Below are positions 38,360 to 48,739 of a DNA stretch of 64,000 nucleotides, piece by piece. A model generated the notes under the pieces. That model ran no database searches. It was not told the origin of the DNA and saw only the letters and a list, made by a program, of their open reading frames with translations. The position numbers and the translations under genes were made by a program. The stretch is from the NCBI GenBank assembly GCA_965221905.1, contig OZ244922.1, positions 768,001 through 832,000 on the forward strand. The letters run 5' to 3'. The first letter of the stretch is position 1. Each line of letters starts with the position of its first letter. The DNA is from Chloroflexota bacterium (GTDB lineage Bacteria; Chloroflexota; UBA11872; VXOZ01).

Positions 38360-38467
38360 GGTTGGCCTCCTCTGCGCAACTGCAAAAACTCGATTTGCCT
38401 CTGATTTCCACTCTTGCAAGAGATGGATTTCGAGAGACGGTTTGTCAACTATCTAAATAACACTCTA

Positions 38468-38482
38468 TTGACCATTAGTCAA
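38468..38482. promoter_or_regulatory. Candidate operator palindrome upstream of the SBP gene
   Basis: TTGAC-CATTA-GTCAA overlapping a minus-strand TTGACT -35-like hexamer. Confidence 0.45.
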
Positions 38483-38560
38483 GTCATAAAGCGCCTGTTG
38501 CGGCCTTAGAATTGGCCTGAGGCGAGTGCGGTACAGCGGCTTTTACGCACAGTCGAGAGG

Positions 38561-38588
38561 GTAGGGGCACGACATGTCGTGCCCCTAC
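38561..38588. repeat. REP family A copy
   Basis: GTAGGGGCACGACATGTCGTGCCCCTAC. Confidence 0.9.
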
Positions 38589-38702
38589 GTGTTACGAGGG
38601 CATGCGGCGAACTTATCCTACGCCGACTCTCCTCCTACCTATCAAGTCAGCGTATTACCTGAGAGTCTTGAGTCTGGCAAGAGACGTAACCCAACGAAGG
38701 AC

Positions 38703-39101
38703 TTAGCCCATACCCATTGGTGTCGGAACATTGGCTCTTATACAGGTGCCAGTTGAGGGGCTCTCAATTGAGGGGATGTGTTCTCTAACGCCCAGCGCCC
38801 AGTGTGTCCGTTTCGGTTCGCGTCCTCCCCGATCCACCAGTTCATAGCTAAGACCTGCGGGGACTCGAACTCTTCTGCCGTAGCGTACGACTGAGACCCG
38901 CCTAGGACATTGGACCCATCCTTTGGCTCCACTCTTAGACCCAATGGGACTGAAATCATCACTCAGTGACCCGTTGAAGACGCTGGTCTCCCAGGAGAAC
39001 CTGGTCCAGGACCGGAACCGGGCGTGGCCCTCGCGATGGTCGGTTCCATCGTCCAGGTCGAAGCCCACGGTTTCACCAAAACTGGGACTGTCATGCTTCA
39101 T
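38703..39101 (-). CDS. Hypothetical protein or degraded ORF
   Basis: 132-aa ORF downstream of the DUF2207-like gene; no motif recognised. Confidence 0.3.
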   Translation of the reverse strand: MKHDSPSFGETVGFDLDDGTDHREGHARFRSWTRFSWETSVFNGSLSDDFSPIGSKSGAKGWVQCPRRVSVVRYGRRVRVPAGLSYELVDRGGREPKRTHWALGVREHIPSIESPSTGTCIRANVPTPMGMG

Positions 39102-39181
39102 GCTCTTCTTCCTGGATGGGATGACTCCTTAACCGACATCGTGGGAAAGCCATCACCAATGGCTGTCGCACCCACAGCCAC

Positions 39182-40900
39182 CTAGAACAACCCTTGGAGA
39201 TTTTCCCGGAGGTTCCGCCACCACCCCCGGTCCGATCCATGGTCCGGTACGAAGTGGACTGCGTATGTCCCGTCCTCCTCCACTTTGAGCCGCCCAGCCA
39301 GGGTCGCCACGCGGCCCGGGGAGATTGCTTCGAGGACCTCCGACGGGTCGAGGACGTTAACTCGCTGCACGTACTCGCCCCGATTCATCTCCACCACTAG
39401 CTCGTCGGCGTCTTGGAACACGACCGTGCCACTGACCTTCACGCATTCATCGCGAAACAGGTCGCCGGCCACCGCAATCTGTGCTGGGGTGGGGATACGG
39501 GGAGAGTTCAAGGAACACGGCTTGACGCGCGGCGATACCACGTCGAGGCTGAACAGGACGACCAAGACCAACGCCCCTATGCCCAACAGCCTTACCACCC
39601 ATATGAAGCACCCGCGGAGGCGCCCGCCGCTCTTCGGTTCCTCAATCAGTGTTTCTCCCCTGTCCAGTTGATACCCGCCCGATGGCGGTGACGGCGCACC
39701 TTCCAGAGAACTGCGCTGTGAATCCGGCTCACGCGCTATGTCCTGGATTTCGTCGGCGGTCTCCCTGTGCACGGCCTTCCCGGTATCCGGCGACTCCGAT
39801 TGGCGCAGCTCACGCTCTACCTCGTAACCCAGTCCCGCGGCCGCTTTTGCCGCATCGCCCGACCGTCCGGTCAGCCACCATTCCGGCGCGTGCATGAAAC
39901 CGCGATAGGCCGCGTCCAGGTCGGCGCCTTGCAGGGAGGATGCGCTGCCGGATCCGAACCACGGCGGAGCTGAGTCCGAGACGTTGAGCCATGGCTGGGC
40001 CACATTCAGCGCCACAGCATAGGGCAATATGGAATCAGCTTTGTTCCGGGCATCGGGCGGGGCAGGTCCGGCCATAGTCTCTTGCCAGCCTCGCCACTGA
40101 CTTTTCTCATGTGCTCCCCTCTGCGTTGTCGGCACCATGCCCGTTGGTATCGACGGCGCCATCATCAAGTATACGAGGCCTGTGAACGCGCCGATCAGGA
40201 CGTTCACCCACCACTGGTCCAGCCATACAGCCGCCCAAAGTCCGCTGCCAACGCCCATCAAGGTGCCGGCCAGCATTCCCCATCCGATTGCATCGCCGAA
40301 GTTTTCCCTCCTGACTCGCACCGGATTGTCATGGAAAAGGCCGCGATGCTGCAGGTAGTCCCCTATCTGGTCGCCGATGGCATCCTCGCGCTTCTTTATC
40401 GCTTCATGGAGCGTACCAACCGTCGTGGCACGCATCGGCATGCTTTCGCATATCGTTCGCTCCCAGTCATACTGTACGGGAGCCTGCCAAGACAGCCGAT
40501 ACAGTAAGCCCAGCGTTGTTCCGATGGCCTCGATTCGCAGCGTGCCGCGCTGGCACATCTCGATGATGGAGGCCAGCATCGTCGGGCTCCATATCATGTG
40601 GCCTCCCAGTGCAGATACCGCCGCCGCGGGCATTGAATCGGGCTGCAGGGTTCCCGAGTACCATGGGGACCGATGCGCCTCCGTCGCCTGCGGGGGCCGG
40701 TACTTGGGCCACAGCCACAGCACGAAAATGACCAAGTGCGCCGCGACTACGCCTATCGTGCCGAAGCCCCCGACCACCAGTTGCTTCCGGTCCAACTCCC
40801 GGAAGTCAGGAAAGCCGATTGCGGCGATTGCCCCGCCTAGGTCTATCGCGAACAGCAAGCCGATGGCGGCAAGGGCCGCCACTGCTGTCACCACACTCAC
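39182..40900 (-). CDS. DUF2207-like membrane protein with a C-terminal OB-fold-like extension
   Basis: PAA..AL, ASIIEM..RG.LRI, TQRG..W.G, LPYAVAL.V..W motifs; several TM segments; AAGGTAGG SD. Confidence 0.65.
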   Translation of the reverse strand: MSVVTAVAALAAIGLLFAIDLGGAIAAIGFPDFRELDRKQLVVGGFGTIGVVAAHLVIFVLWLWPKYRPPQATEAHRSPWYSGTLQPDSMPAAAVSALGGHMIWSPTMLASIIEMCQRGTLRIEAIGTTLGLLYRLSWQAPVQYDWERTICESMPMRATTVGTLHEAIKKREDAIGDQIGDYLQHRGLFHDNPVRVRRENFGDAIGWGMLAGTLMGVGSGLWAAVWLDQWWVNVLIGAFTGLVYLMMAPSIPTGMVPTTQRGAHEKSQWRGWQETMAGPAPPDARNKADSILPYAVALNVAQPWLNVSDSAPPWFGSGSASSLQGADLDAAYRGFMHAPEWWLTGRSGDAAKAAAGLGYEVERELRQSESPDTGKAVHRETADEIQDIAREPDSQRSSLEGAPSPPSGGYQLDRGETLIEEPKSGGRLRGCFIWVVRLLGIGALVLVVLFSLDVVSPRVKPCSLNSPRIPTPAQIAVAGDLFRDECVKVSGTVVFQDADELVVEMNRGEYVQRVNVLDPSEVLEAISPGRVATLAGRLKVEEDGTYAVHFVPDHGSDRGWWRNLRENLQGLF

Positions 40901-41449
40901 AATGGCCTACCTTCCTTCTCGGGTCGCACTGCCTGACTTGACTCCGCCGGACAACCGTCCTTCACACTACTATCGGATAGCAGCTGTCGCCAGGCGATAC
41001 CCGCGCCCAGCCGTGTCGGAGTCCGTCCTCTGGAGGCTGAGGACGGCGGCGTTGCTATTCGGGACGGCGACTACGGCCACCTTGGCCGGTGTCCCCTTCC
41101 ACAGGACAGGTCGGGCATGACGGTGCTGCCGTTCCTGGCTAGAATGATCCCTCCCCTATAAAAAGCGGGGATACATCTTCTATGCTTTCCAAGTCGCTCG
41201 CTGCCGCGGCTGAAGCAAGACATGTGGTCATTGCCTATTCTCAAATTCTACTATGCCGTTCCCATTCGGCATCTTGACCGGCTCTCTTGCTTTTCTACAT
41301 GATCTGTAATCTCGGTCAAAGTCGATGCCGCCCAGTTGCCGTTGAGGGCGGACTGAAATCTAAAATTCCTCGTTGCGCTCGGAATGACATTGATGTGCGA
41401 CATAGGAGGTGATGGCTAAGTGTAGCGCGGGGGCTTGTCTTCCGCTGCC

Positions 41450-41611
41450 TCACGTAGATACCGGCCACCTAATCGAGTGCATTTCTTCTGGCAGAGACCC
41501 TAACCCGCATGCAACCAGGAGAAGGGCGATCAGCACGGCCAGCGCCGCGACACAGACGGGAGGGGACGCGCGAGCGTAGCGAGCGCGGTGGAGACCCACC
41601 ACGCCCAACAT
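41450..41611 (-). pseudogene. Truncated lipoprotein gene
   Basis: Signal peptide with LLVACG lipobox, then stop after about 17 residues beside a REP at 41422-41445. Confidence 0.4.
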
Positions 41612-41645
41612 ACACCCGACACGCCGACACTCCGCTCGCGTCGGA

Positions 41646-42210
41646 CTAAAGCCACTGCTTCTTGCCGGTAACGTAGATACTCTGGAAGTCTTCATCCGAC
41701 TTGGTCAGGTAGATAATGCCTTCCACCAACCCAAGTACGCCAGCCGCCATCAGAGCAGCATAGCCAACCACGTACATCAAAATCCCAATGAAGAGGCCAA
41801 TGCCGAACATCCCCAAAGCCATGAATGCACTGCCTACAATATTAGCCAGCACTAGGCCGCCGCCGCCAACTGCCAGCTGTATTATTGCGGGCCTCTTGAT
41901 GCCCAGGTAGAACTTGTGGACGCCGGCCCAGCCAAGGAATATCCCCAGCAGCCCGGCAACCACCTTGGTCTTCTCGGAGCCCATCACGCCCTCGAGAGCG
42001 CCGCCAATCCCGCCGGCGCCGGGGGCCGGCGTAGCACGGTAAATGGCTACAGCATCGCTGTCCTGCACCTCGAAATCCACCCGCATTCCCCGGTTGGGAG
42101 CGGCCTGGTCTTTCCATATCGGTCCCGACAAAGTTATATCGGTTGCCGTCATCCCCTGTGATCAGTCCCGAGTTGGTTTGAGTGGAGTAATCCAATACTT
42201 GCCCATTCAT
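41646..42210 (-). pseudogene. TM2-domain protein with a cold-shock-like N-terminal domain, frameshifted
   Basis: MNGQVLDYS..GLITGDDGNRY.F, one extra base near 42117, then WK..P.RGMRVDF and TM2 motif AGLLGIFLG..GVHKFYLG. Confidence 0.75.
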
Positions 42211-42225
42211 TCCCTGTTCTCCTCT

Positions 42226-42354
42226 TGAACGGCGTCAACTATTGTTGCCGGTGTGCGTCTATTATTTTTGCCGGTAGACCTCCTGTTGAATGCGCTTCTG
42301 AGCTGCCCCGGTCCGATAGCTGGGGACGTCGAACTCCAGGATGGCCGAGTGGTG
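42226..42354 (-). mobile_element. IS21-family right-end remnant (istB 3-prime end plus terminal repeats)
   Basis: HHSAILEFDVPSYRTGAAQKR (IstB-like C-terminus, stop 42262-42264); terminal TG at 42226 followed by two 21-bp direct repeats (42232-42252, 42255-42275). Confidence 0.65.
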
Positions 42355-42420
42355 GAAGCTCAGCCTCCGTCTGAGCTTCCCGGGGCGCGAAGCCGCTTAC
42401 GCCCCGTCGCGCCAGTGTAT

Positions 42421-42998
42421 CCGGCATTTCCCATATTGGGAGTCTTCAGGCTCAAAAGGCAATCCAAACGAGATGGTATCATAATAGTCAGGTTCTGCAG
42501 GCCAGTCAATCTCCGGTCAATCCAATAACGGATGCGATTCTTGCCGTGAACCATGTTTCTTGTCCATCTTTGCCGTCTTTGGGCCCCCGCCAGTGGGGTG
42601 AAACCGCATTGAAGACAAGCCGACTCCCTGGAGCGCTCTCCCTCTTGGCAAGATCGTGGCTGTACCCTCCCTCAGCTTGGCGCCAGCGATAACCGGCCGA
42701 TACGATCCAACACTCCCTGGAACAACCTTCGAGGAACCGACACCTCGGACAACTGAAAGATCAATAGCCGGGAGTGCCGTACCAGACGGCCTCCCATCTT
42801 GATCAGCTTGACCTGCACGCTCCGCAGCGACCAGTGCCTGACCGCCTTGGGCAGGCATAACCGGCGAAGGAAGTACCCAAGGTTGTACGCCAGGACAAAC
42901 AGAGACAGACGCACCCGGTTGGCCACGAACCGATGGCACGACAGCCGAGTCCAGTTCAGGGCGTACTTCCCTTCCTTGATCCAATGCTCGGCTGCCCT
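42421..42998 (-). mobile_element. IS1380-family remnant (transposase C-terminus and right end)
   Basis: AEHWIKEGKYALNWTRLSC..F.ANRVRL.L..LAYNL..KLIK.GGRLVRH; putative end CCGGCATTTCCCATAT at 42421. Confidence 0.8.
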
Positions 42999-43297
42999 TG
43001 ACGCCTATTGTGTTCAGGAACAGAGAAATCTACAATAACACTGTCAAGATAGACATATACACCGACGGCGTTGCCGTGACTGGCGTCGAGTGCGAATTCG
43101 CAATGACCCTGACGGCGAGGGTGAGTGCGTTGAGTCTCATATCCTGACCGGCCGGGGGCTCGTGTGCACTAAGCCTGGATGGCCTGAGCGAATTGCTATG
43201 TCAAATCTTCTCTACGAGATTTCTCAGTAGAGTACTATTAGGCACAACCACAAGTGGCAACTCCGAATCGCATCATCTGCTTGAAAGGAAGCGTTCC

Positions 43298-44164
43298 ATG
43301 CTTGATCTTGCCATCATCGGGCTCAGCCCGCAGCATCCCCGTTCTTTTTCCCAGCTAATCAACAAAGAGAATCCAAATGGGCAGGGCCTGAACGGCGTGG
43401 CCCGCATCTCCATGGTCTGGGACCGCGACCGCGCGGCAGCTGAGGAATTTGCCGCCGACGCTGGACTGGAAACGGTGCTGGACGATCCTACTGCGGCGAT
43501 CGGCAAAGCCGACGGCGTGCTGGTGCTCGAGGATCCCGGCGATACGCATCTGGAGTTGGCGCGGCCCTATTTGGAGGCCGGCGTACCGACGTTTGTGGAT
43601 AAGCCCTTCGCGCTGAGCGTAGAGCATGCGCAGGAGATGATAGCGCTTGCCCAGACCCACAATACACCGCTGATGTCGTCGTCGGCCCTCCGCTTCGCCC
43701 GCGAAGTGCTGGAATTCAAGGCGCAAGAGAAGGAGCTTGTCGGCGACCTCCGAGTAGCCGTGGCAACCGGCCCGAACGAACTGGTCTACTACGGCATCCA
43801 TGCGGCAGAGCTCTTCTACACGGTGATGGGTCCCGGTATCGCGTGGGTGCGCAATGAATACACCGACGAGTACGACATCGTCCACATGCGCTATACAGAT
43901 GGCCGCGCCGTCACCATGCAGATAATTCGCAGTGCGCGCTATGGGTTCTTGCTGAACGTATACGGCACGGAGGGCAAAGCCGAGATTGCCGTGCGGGACT
44001 CTAATTTTTTCTACGCCGAGCAGATGCGCGCCGTTGTGCGCATGATCCAGACCCGCGAGAACCCAATCCCACACGCGGAGATGCTCGAAATCATCGGCAT
44101 GCTCGTTGCGGCCAGACAATCAGGGGAAACCGGCGAGCGTGTGAAACTCTCAACCCTGATATAA
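43298..44164 (+). CDS. Gfo/Idh/MocA oxidoreductase
   Basis: G.P.FVDKP, SSSALRF, YYGIH; AAAGGA SD. Confidence 0.85.
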   Translation: MLDLAIIGLSPQHPRSFSQLINKENPNGQGLNGVARISMVWDRDRAAAEEFAADAGLETVLDDPTAAIGKADGVLVLEDPGDTHLELARPYLEAGVPTFVDKPFALSVEHAQEMIALAQTHNTPLMSSSALRFAREVLEFKAQEKELVGDLRVAVATGPNELVYYGIHAAELFYTVMGPGIAWVRNEYTDEYDIVHMRYTDGRAVTMQIIRSARYGFLLNVYGTEGKAEIAVRDSNFFYAEQMRAVVRMIQTRENPIPHAEMLEIIGMLVAARQSGETGERVKLSTLI

Positions 44165-44175
44165 GACCGTAACTT

Positions 44176-44234
44176 CCGTTCGCGCTGAGCCTGTCGAAGC
44201 GCCGTTCATGGTTCGACAGGCTCACCACGAACGG
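44176..44234. repeat. REP-like doublet family D (CCGTTCG..CTGAGCCTGTCGAAG / TTCGACAGGCTCA..CGAACGG)
   Basis: Inverted arm pair; also near 207-230, 45604-46028, 54967-55585. Confidence 0.8.
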
Positions 44235-44304
44235 CTATTCCCAGCTTTTACGAACCCCTAATCGGAGCAAGAAGGCTTAGCACCAAAGAGGAGAACGGAA
44301 ACCG

Positions 44305-45483
44305 ATGCGCATCGTTGATGTTGACGTCATTCCCATTGCCATTAGCGATCCTCCGTTACGCAACTCTTGGGGCGTCCACGAGCCCGTTGCACTCCGCTCA
44401 ATCGTGCGCCTTACCACGGACGACGGTTGTGTGGGCTGGGGCGAGACCTATGGCGGTGAGGATATTCTGCGGAAGCTGCAGGGCGCTGCTTCCCTTGTGA
44501 AAGGCCTGGATCCCGCGCTCTTCAATCGGTTGCGTATCCTCATCAACAACCCTCCGGTCTTTGCCGCGTACGAGACGGCCATGCTCGATCTGCTGGGAAA
44601 AGCCGGCGGCAGACCTGTCTGTGATGTCCTCGGCGGCAAGGTGCGCGATACCGTGCCTTACTCGGCGTATCTCTTCTATAAGTACGCGGGCGACGACGAG
44701 TGGGGCGAGGCCATGAGTCCGGAGCAACTCGTGGCCCAAGCGGAGACGTTTGTGGAGCGTTACGGTTTTGAGACCCTCAAACTCAAAGGGGGCGTGCTGC
44801 CGCCGGAAGCGGAAGCCGAGACGATGCGTCAACTCCGCGAGCGCTTCCCCCAGCACCAACTGCGCATCGATCCGAACGCCATTTGGTCGGTGGAGACGAG
44901 CATTCGCTTTGCGGGCTGGGTTGAAGATTTGGACATGGAATACTACGAGGACCCGGCGCCGGACCTGGCTGGCATGGCAGCCGTGGCGCAGGCAACGCCG
45001 ATCCCGCTGGCAACAAATATGGTCGTAACTGCCTTCACCCATATCGCTCCCTCTGTCCAGATGGATGCGGTGCAGGTGGTGCTGGCCGACCACCACCACT
45101 GGGGCGGCATGCAGGATTCGCTTACGCTGGCCAAGATTTGCGAGACCTTTCGCCTCGGTATCTCCCAACACAGCAACAGCCACACGGGAATCTCGCTGGC
45201 GGCGATGACACACTGGGCCGCGGCAGCGCCCAATCTGATTTACGCTTCGGATACGCACTATCCGTGGAATGAAGAGGACGACATTGTGCAGGGCGCGCCG
45301 CTGCAGTTCGTGGATGGCGCCTTTCCAGTGCCGACGGGACCGGGCTTGGGCGTGGAGGTTGACGAGGAGCGGTTGCAGGCGGCGCACGAGCGCTACCAAC
45401 AGAACAAAGCCGGGGGCCGAGACGATGTCTCCGCCATGCAGGAGCGAGATCCGAGCTGGCTGCCAATGCGACCGCGGTGGTAA
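44305..45483 (+). CDS. Glucarate dehydratase family enolase-superfamily protein
   Basis: KLKGG, RIDPN, YYEDP, ATNM, D.H.WGG, HSNSH.GISLA, DTHYPW. Confidence 0.88.
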   Translation: MRIVDVDVIPIAISDPPLRNSWGVHEPVALRSIVRLTTDDGCVGWGETYGGEDILRKLQGAASLVKGLDPALFNRLRILINNPPVFAAYETAMLDLLGKAGGRPVCDVLGGKVRDTVPYSAYLFYKYAGDDEWGEAMSPEQLVAQAETFVERYGFETLKLKGGVLPPEAEAETMRQLRERFPQHQLRIDPNAIWSVETSIRFAGWVEDLDMEYYEDPAPDLAGMAAVAQATPIPLATNMVVTAFTHIAPSVQMDAVQVVLADHHHWGGMQDSLTLAKICETFRLGISQHSNSHTGISLAAMTHWAAAAPNLIYASDTHYPWNEEDDIVQGAPLQFVDGAFPVPTGPGLGVEVDEERLQAAHERYQQNKAGGRDDVSAMQERDPSWLPMRPRW

Positions 45484-45562
45484 GGAAACAGTCTCTTATG
45501 AGAGACGTTTGATGGCCGTATGCTCGTGTCCGGCTTCCCAATACTTCACGATGGGAAACCGC

Positions 45563-45785
45563 CTCGAACGTATCTCATAAATACATCGCTCGGTGTAGAC
45601 CTGCCCTTCGACCCTTCGACAAGCTCAGGACAGGCAGGCTCAGAGCTTGCCCCGTACTCGATACAGCGTATCGACACGATACGGGGGCGAACGGAAAAGG
45701 CGAGAATCCGTTCGTGCTGAGTGCTGTGCGAAGCCCATGTCGAAGCACAAATCGGCTATCGAACCGATTTGTGAGATAGTTCTAG
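45563..45785. mobile_element. Possible MITE-like unit enclosing REP arms
   Basis: Imperfect inverted repeats CTCGAACGTATCTCATAAAT (45563-45582) and ATTTGTGAGATAGTTCTAG (45767-45785). Confidence 0.4.
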
Positions 45786-45850
45786 GCACACCTTGATCTG
45801 TTTGCCGCATGTACCAGACGCGTTCTCCCAATTGCCAAGGCTTTTCACGC

Positions 45851-45954
45851 TGAGCGCCAAAGCCGTCTGGCGTGAGCGCCAAAGCCGTTCGCCCTGAGCA
45901 CACAAGTCGTTCGCCCTGAGCACACAAGCCGTTCGCCCTGAGCCTGTCGAAGGG
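45851..45954. repeat. Four 22-bp tandem units derived from a family D REP arm
   Basis: Units start at 45851, 45873, 45895, 45917 and run into the arm TGAGCCTGTCGAAGGG. Confidence 0.85.
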
Positions 45955-46286
45955 CAACGGCGTAGGATACGAGATCGCATAGACTGTCCGTAATCCGTTC
46001 ATGCTTCGACAGGCTCAACACGAACGGGCAAAGGATTTCAGCACGAAGAGCTAGGCACCAAAACGACAAAGCAGGAGAGCTTTGGAATTGCTGGGAGCGG
46101 CAAGAGTGCAGGTACACGGGCCGGGGTGGGGACGCCGCCGCGCGTTGACATGAGTGTATCCTTCCCCCATGCTAAAGCATGTGCTACGCGTTAGATGAGC
46201 ACTGACTGGCCCCGCAGATTTGACGCCAAATCGAAATAGAAAGTACTGACCGTTCGGTTCACCGACTAAATAGGAGCACATTACAC

Positions 46287-47312
46287 ATGGCTAACGGCAA
46301 GTTACGTGTCTGCATTGTCGGCACCGGTGCGCGGGGCAATGCCCACGCCAAGGCTTGGGCGGCGTCCGGAGAGGCGGAAGTGGTGGCAGTCGTCGACGTG
46401 CTCGAAGACCGTGCCCGGGAGCTTGCGGCGGCGTACGATGCCCCTCACGTGTTTACCGACTATCATGAAGCAGTGCAGCGCGATGATATCGACGTGGTCT
46501 CTATCTGCACACCGGCGTTCTATCACGAAGAGGTGACGGTCTTTGCCGCCGAGCACGGCAAGCACATGTTGAGCGAGAAGCCGATTGCCATGCGGCTGGA
46601 TCAGGCAGATCGCATGATTGCCGCGCTGGAGGCATCCGGCGTCGTCTTTGTGATCAACTTTCAAAGCCGCTTCGGGGACGCGCCCGCGGCGGTGCGCCAG
46701 TGTGTACGCGACCGGGCCCTCGGCAGCCCGCTCATGTTTCGCATGCATTCGGCCACCCACATTCGGCCCAAGCTTGCCATGCACGACATGGATCGCGGCA
46801 ACGGCGGCCCGCTCAACGACTTCATGACCCACTTCTTCGACTACTGGCGCTGGCTTACGGACACAGACCCGGTGCGGGTGAGCGCCCACGGGTTTACGTT
46901 TGCCAAAGACCGGCCGGAGATTGCCCACTTCCAACACAAAGCGCCGGATACGGCCACGGTTGCATTGGAATTCGGCAGTGGCGACCTGGCCGCATTCAGC
47001 ATCTCGTGGGGCTTGCCGCCGGGCGTGCAGCCGCAAGGACGCATCGATGATATTCTCGGGCCGCAGGGAGCGTTAGCACCGAGCCGCCCCCGAGACGGCT
47101 TCAAGATTCTCCGCGAGGGCGGCGCCGTCACGGAGTTCGGGCCGTATAGCGGTGACAGTCAACTGCTCTTGACGCAGCACGCGATACGGGCGATTCGGGG
47201 CGAGGAGCCGGTGCAGGCGAGCGCGGAAGACGCGCGCATTGCCCTGACCGTCACCTGGGCGACATATGAGTCGTTGGAGCAGAACGGCGATCCGGTAGAT
47301 ATTGTCCTCTAG
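46287..47312 (+). CDS. Gfo/Idh/MocA oxidoreductase
   Basis: IVGTGARG..H, GKH.LSEKP, GG...D...H. Confidence 0.9.
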   Translation: MANGKLRVCIVGTGARGNAHAKAWAASGEAEVVAVVDVLEDRARELAAAYDAPHVFTDYHEAVQRDDIDVVSICTPAFYHEEVTVFAAEHGKHMLSEKPIAMRLDQADRMIAALEASGVVFVINFQSRFGDAPAAVRQCVRDRALGSPLMFRMHSATHIRPKLAMHDMDRGNGGPLNDFMTHFFDYWRWLTDTDPVRVSAHGFTFAKDRPEIAHFQHKAPDTATVALEFGSGDLAAFSISWGLPPGVQPQGRIDDILGPQGALAPSRPRDGFKILREGGAVTEFGPYSGDSQLLLTQHAIRAIRGEEPVQASAEDARIALTVTWATYESLEQNGDPVDIVL

Positions 47313-47509
47313 GATGGGACTGCCTCAATAGGCAGACCGCTGCCCAGTCCGCAGCCGCAGTCTCTGTTTACGCGTTAAGCACAGAGGCGGGGGACAAGCC
47401 CCCGCGCTACAAGGACCGTCGTGTAGAATTGGCCCTGGTGCACAGTTTCGGCTTCACATCACCCAACCATAACGTATGCGAACATCCAACTCACGAATGA
47501 CACTGGCGC

Positions 47510-48739
47510 ATGGCCTCAACTGACAACGCCGCTCAACGCTCCCCGCTCTCGGAGCACCGGTACCTCAAGCCGCTTGTTCTCTTTCTGACGATCTTCTTCC
47601 TCAACGCCACACTGGGTGCGCCGGGCCGAACGCTCTTTCCTGTCTACGTTGAGAAAGTGCTCGGCGGATCGCCAATTCTTACGTCCACGCTCTTCTCGGT
47701 CCAGAACGTCGTGCGCATTGTCGTGCTCTTTGCCAGCGGTTTGCTGGCGGACCGTGTGGGGGCGAAGTACATCCTGTTGTTGGGCATGACGGCGGTGAGC
47801 ATCGGCGGGCTCATGTTCATGGTGTCCGACACGCGGCTGCTCGTGTTGTTGGCGCTCTTGTATGGCGCTCTCTTTACGCTGCGCACCACCTCTTCCCGCG
47901 CCTATCTCGCTCTGGTTGCGCCGTTGGGAAGTATGGGCTTGATGGGGGCGCTCTACTTTACCGGGCCGACTATTGGCAGCGCGCTGGGCAACTTGGCAGC
48001 AGGCCCAATTGCCGATCAGCTTAGCTTTCGCACCTTGGGCATCGTGATGCTGGTGGGGAATCTCGTGCTTGTGTTCTTCGGCGTGATTTTCCTGCCGCCA
48101 ATTCGGTTGGAACAGGTACAGTCGATGTCCGCGTGGGAGATGCTTCGTTCCTACCAGGTCTTGTGGCGGCGCCCGCTCATCCTGCGTCTCATTGGGATTC
48201 GCTTTCTTCCCACCTGGTGGCTCGGCACGAGTTCGGTGATGCTCCCTCTGCTCATCTTCCGTCTGACAGACTCGGTGACGGCGGTTGCCTTGTATGCCAC
48301 CGTCGGCGCGTTGGTAACAGGGTCCACCGGCCTCGTGGTCGGTTGGCTTTCCGATCGCATTGGCAGGGCCATACCGGTGATAGCCAGCAGTCTCACGCTC
48401 GCCCTCGGCCCGTTTGGCTGCGCGCTGTTCGTGGATAACGCCATGTTGCTTGCCGTGTCGGCGATTTTCACGAGCCTGGGGGGTCAGTGGCTTGCCTCGC
48501 TGATGCCGTCGCTCGTGCGCGTGTCGGGAGATGGAAACGAGCAAGGGCGTCTTACCGCCGTAACTGAGGCGGCGTGGACGTTCGGGAACCTGGGCGGCAC
48601 CATGGCCGCGGGCATTCTCATCGGCCTGGCTGCGCCGTTGCCCTTTGTGCTTGCCGGCATGTTGAATTTTGGCACGGTGTTGCTTGCCTTGCAGGCGGCG
48701 CGCATCCTGCGGGGCACAGACATTCTGAGCTCACAGTAG
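47510..48739 (+). CDS. MFS transporter
   Basis: About 12 TM helices; motif A GLLADRVGAK and GWLSDRIGR. Confidence 0.9.
   Translation: MASTDNAAQRSPLSEHRYLKPLVLFLTIFFLNATLGAPGRTLFPVYVEKVLGGSPILTSTLFSVQNVVRIVVLFASGLLADRVGAKYILLLGMTAVSIGGLMFMVSDTRLLVLLALLYGALFTLRTTSSRAYLALVAPLGSMGLMGALYFTGPTIGSALGNLAAGPIADQLSFRTLGIVMLVGNLVLVFFGVIFLPPIRLEQVQSMSAWEMLRSYQVLWRRPLILRLIGIRFLPTWWLGTSSVMLPLLIFRLTDSVTAVALYATVGALVTGSTGLVVGWLSDRIGRAIPVIASSLTLALGPFGCALFVDNAMLLAVSAIFTSLGGQWLASLMPSLVRVSGDGNEQGRLTAVTEAAWTFGNLGGTMAAGILIGLAAPLPFVLAGMLNFGTVLLALQAARILRGTDILSSQ

Noticed and set aside
43075-43185. ZTP riboswitch (CGTGACTGGCG)
   Set aside because: No convincing P1/P2 or 3-prime CGCCTGGGC pseudoknot partner; the downstream gene is not purine or folate related
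23869-48544. Long antisense ORFs (23869-24870, 28779-29741, 30010-31095, 34713-35741, 44398-45399, 47516-48544)
   Set aside because: Shadow frames of high-GC genes with no motifs or SD support
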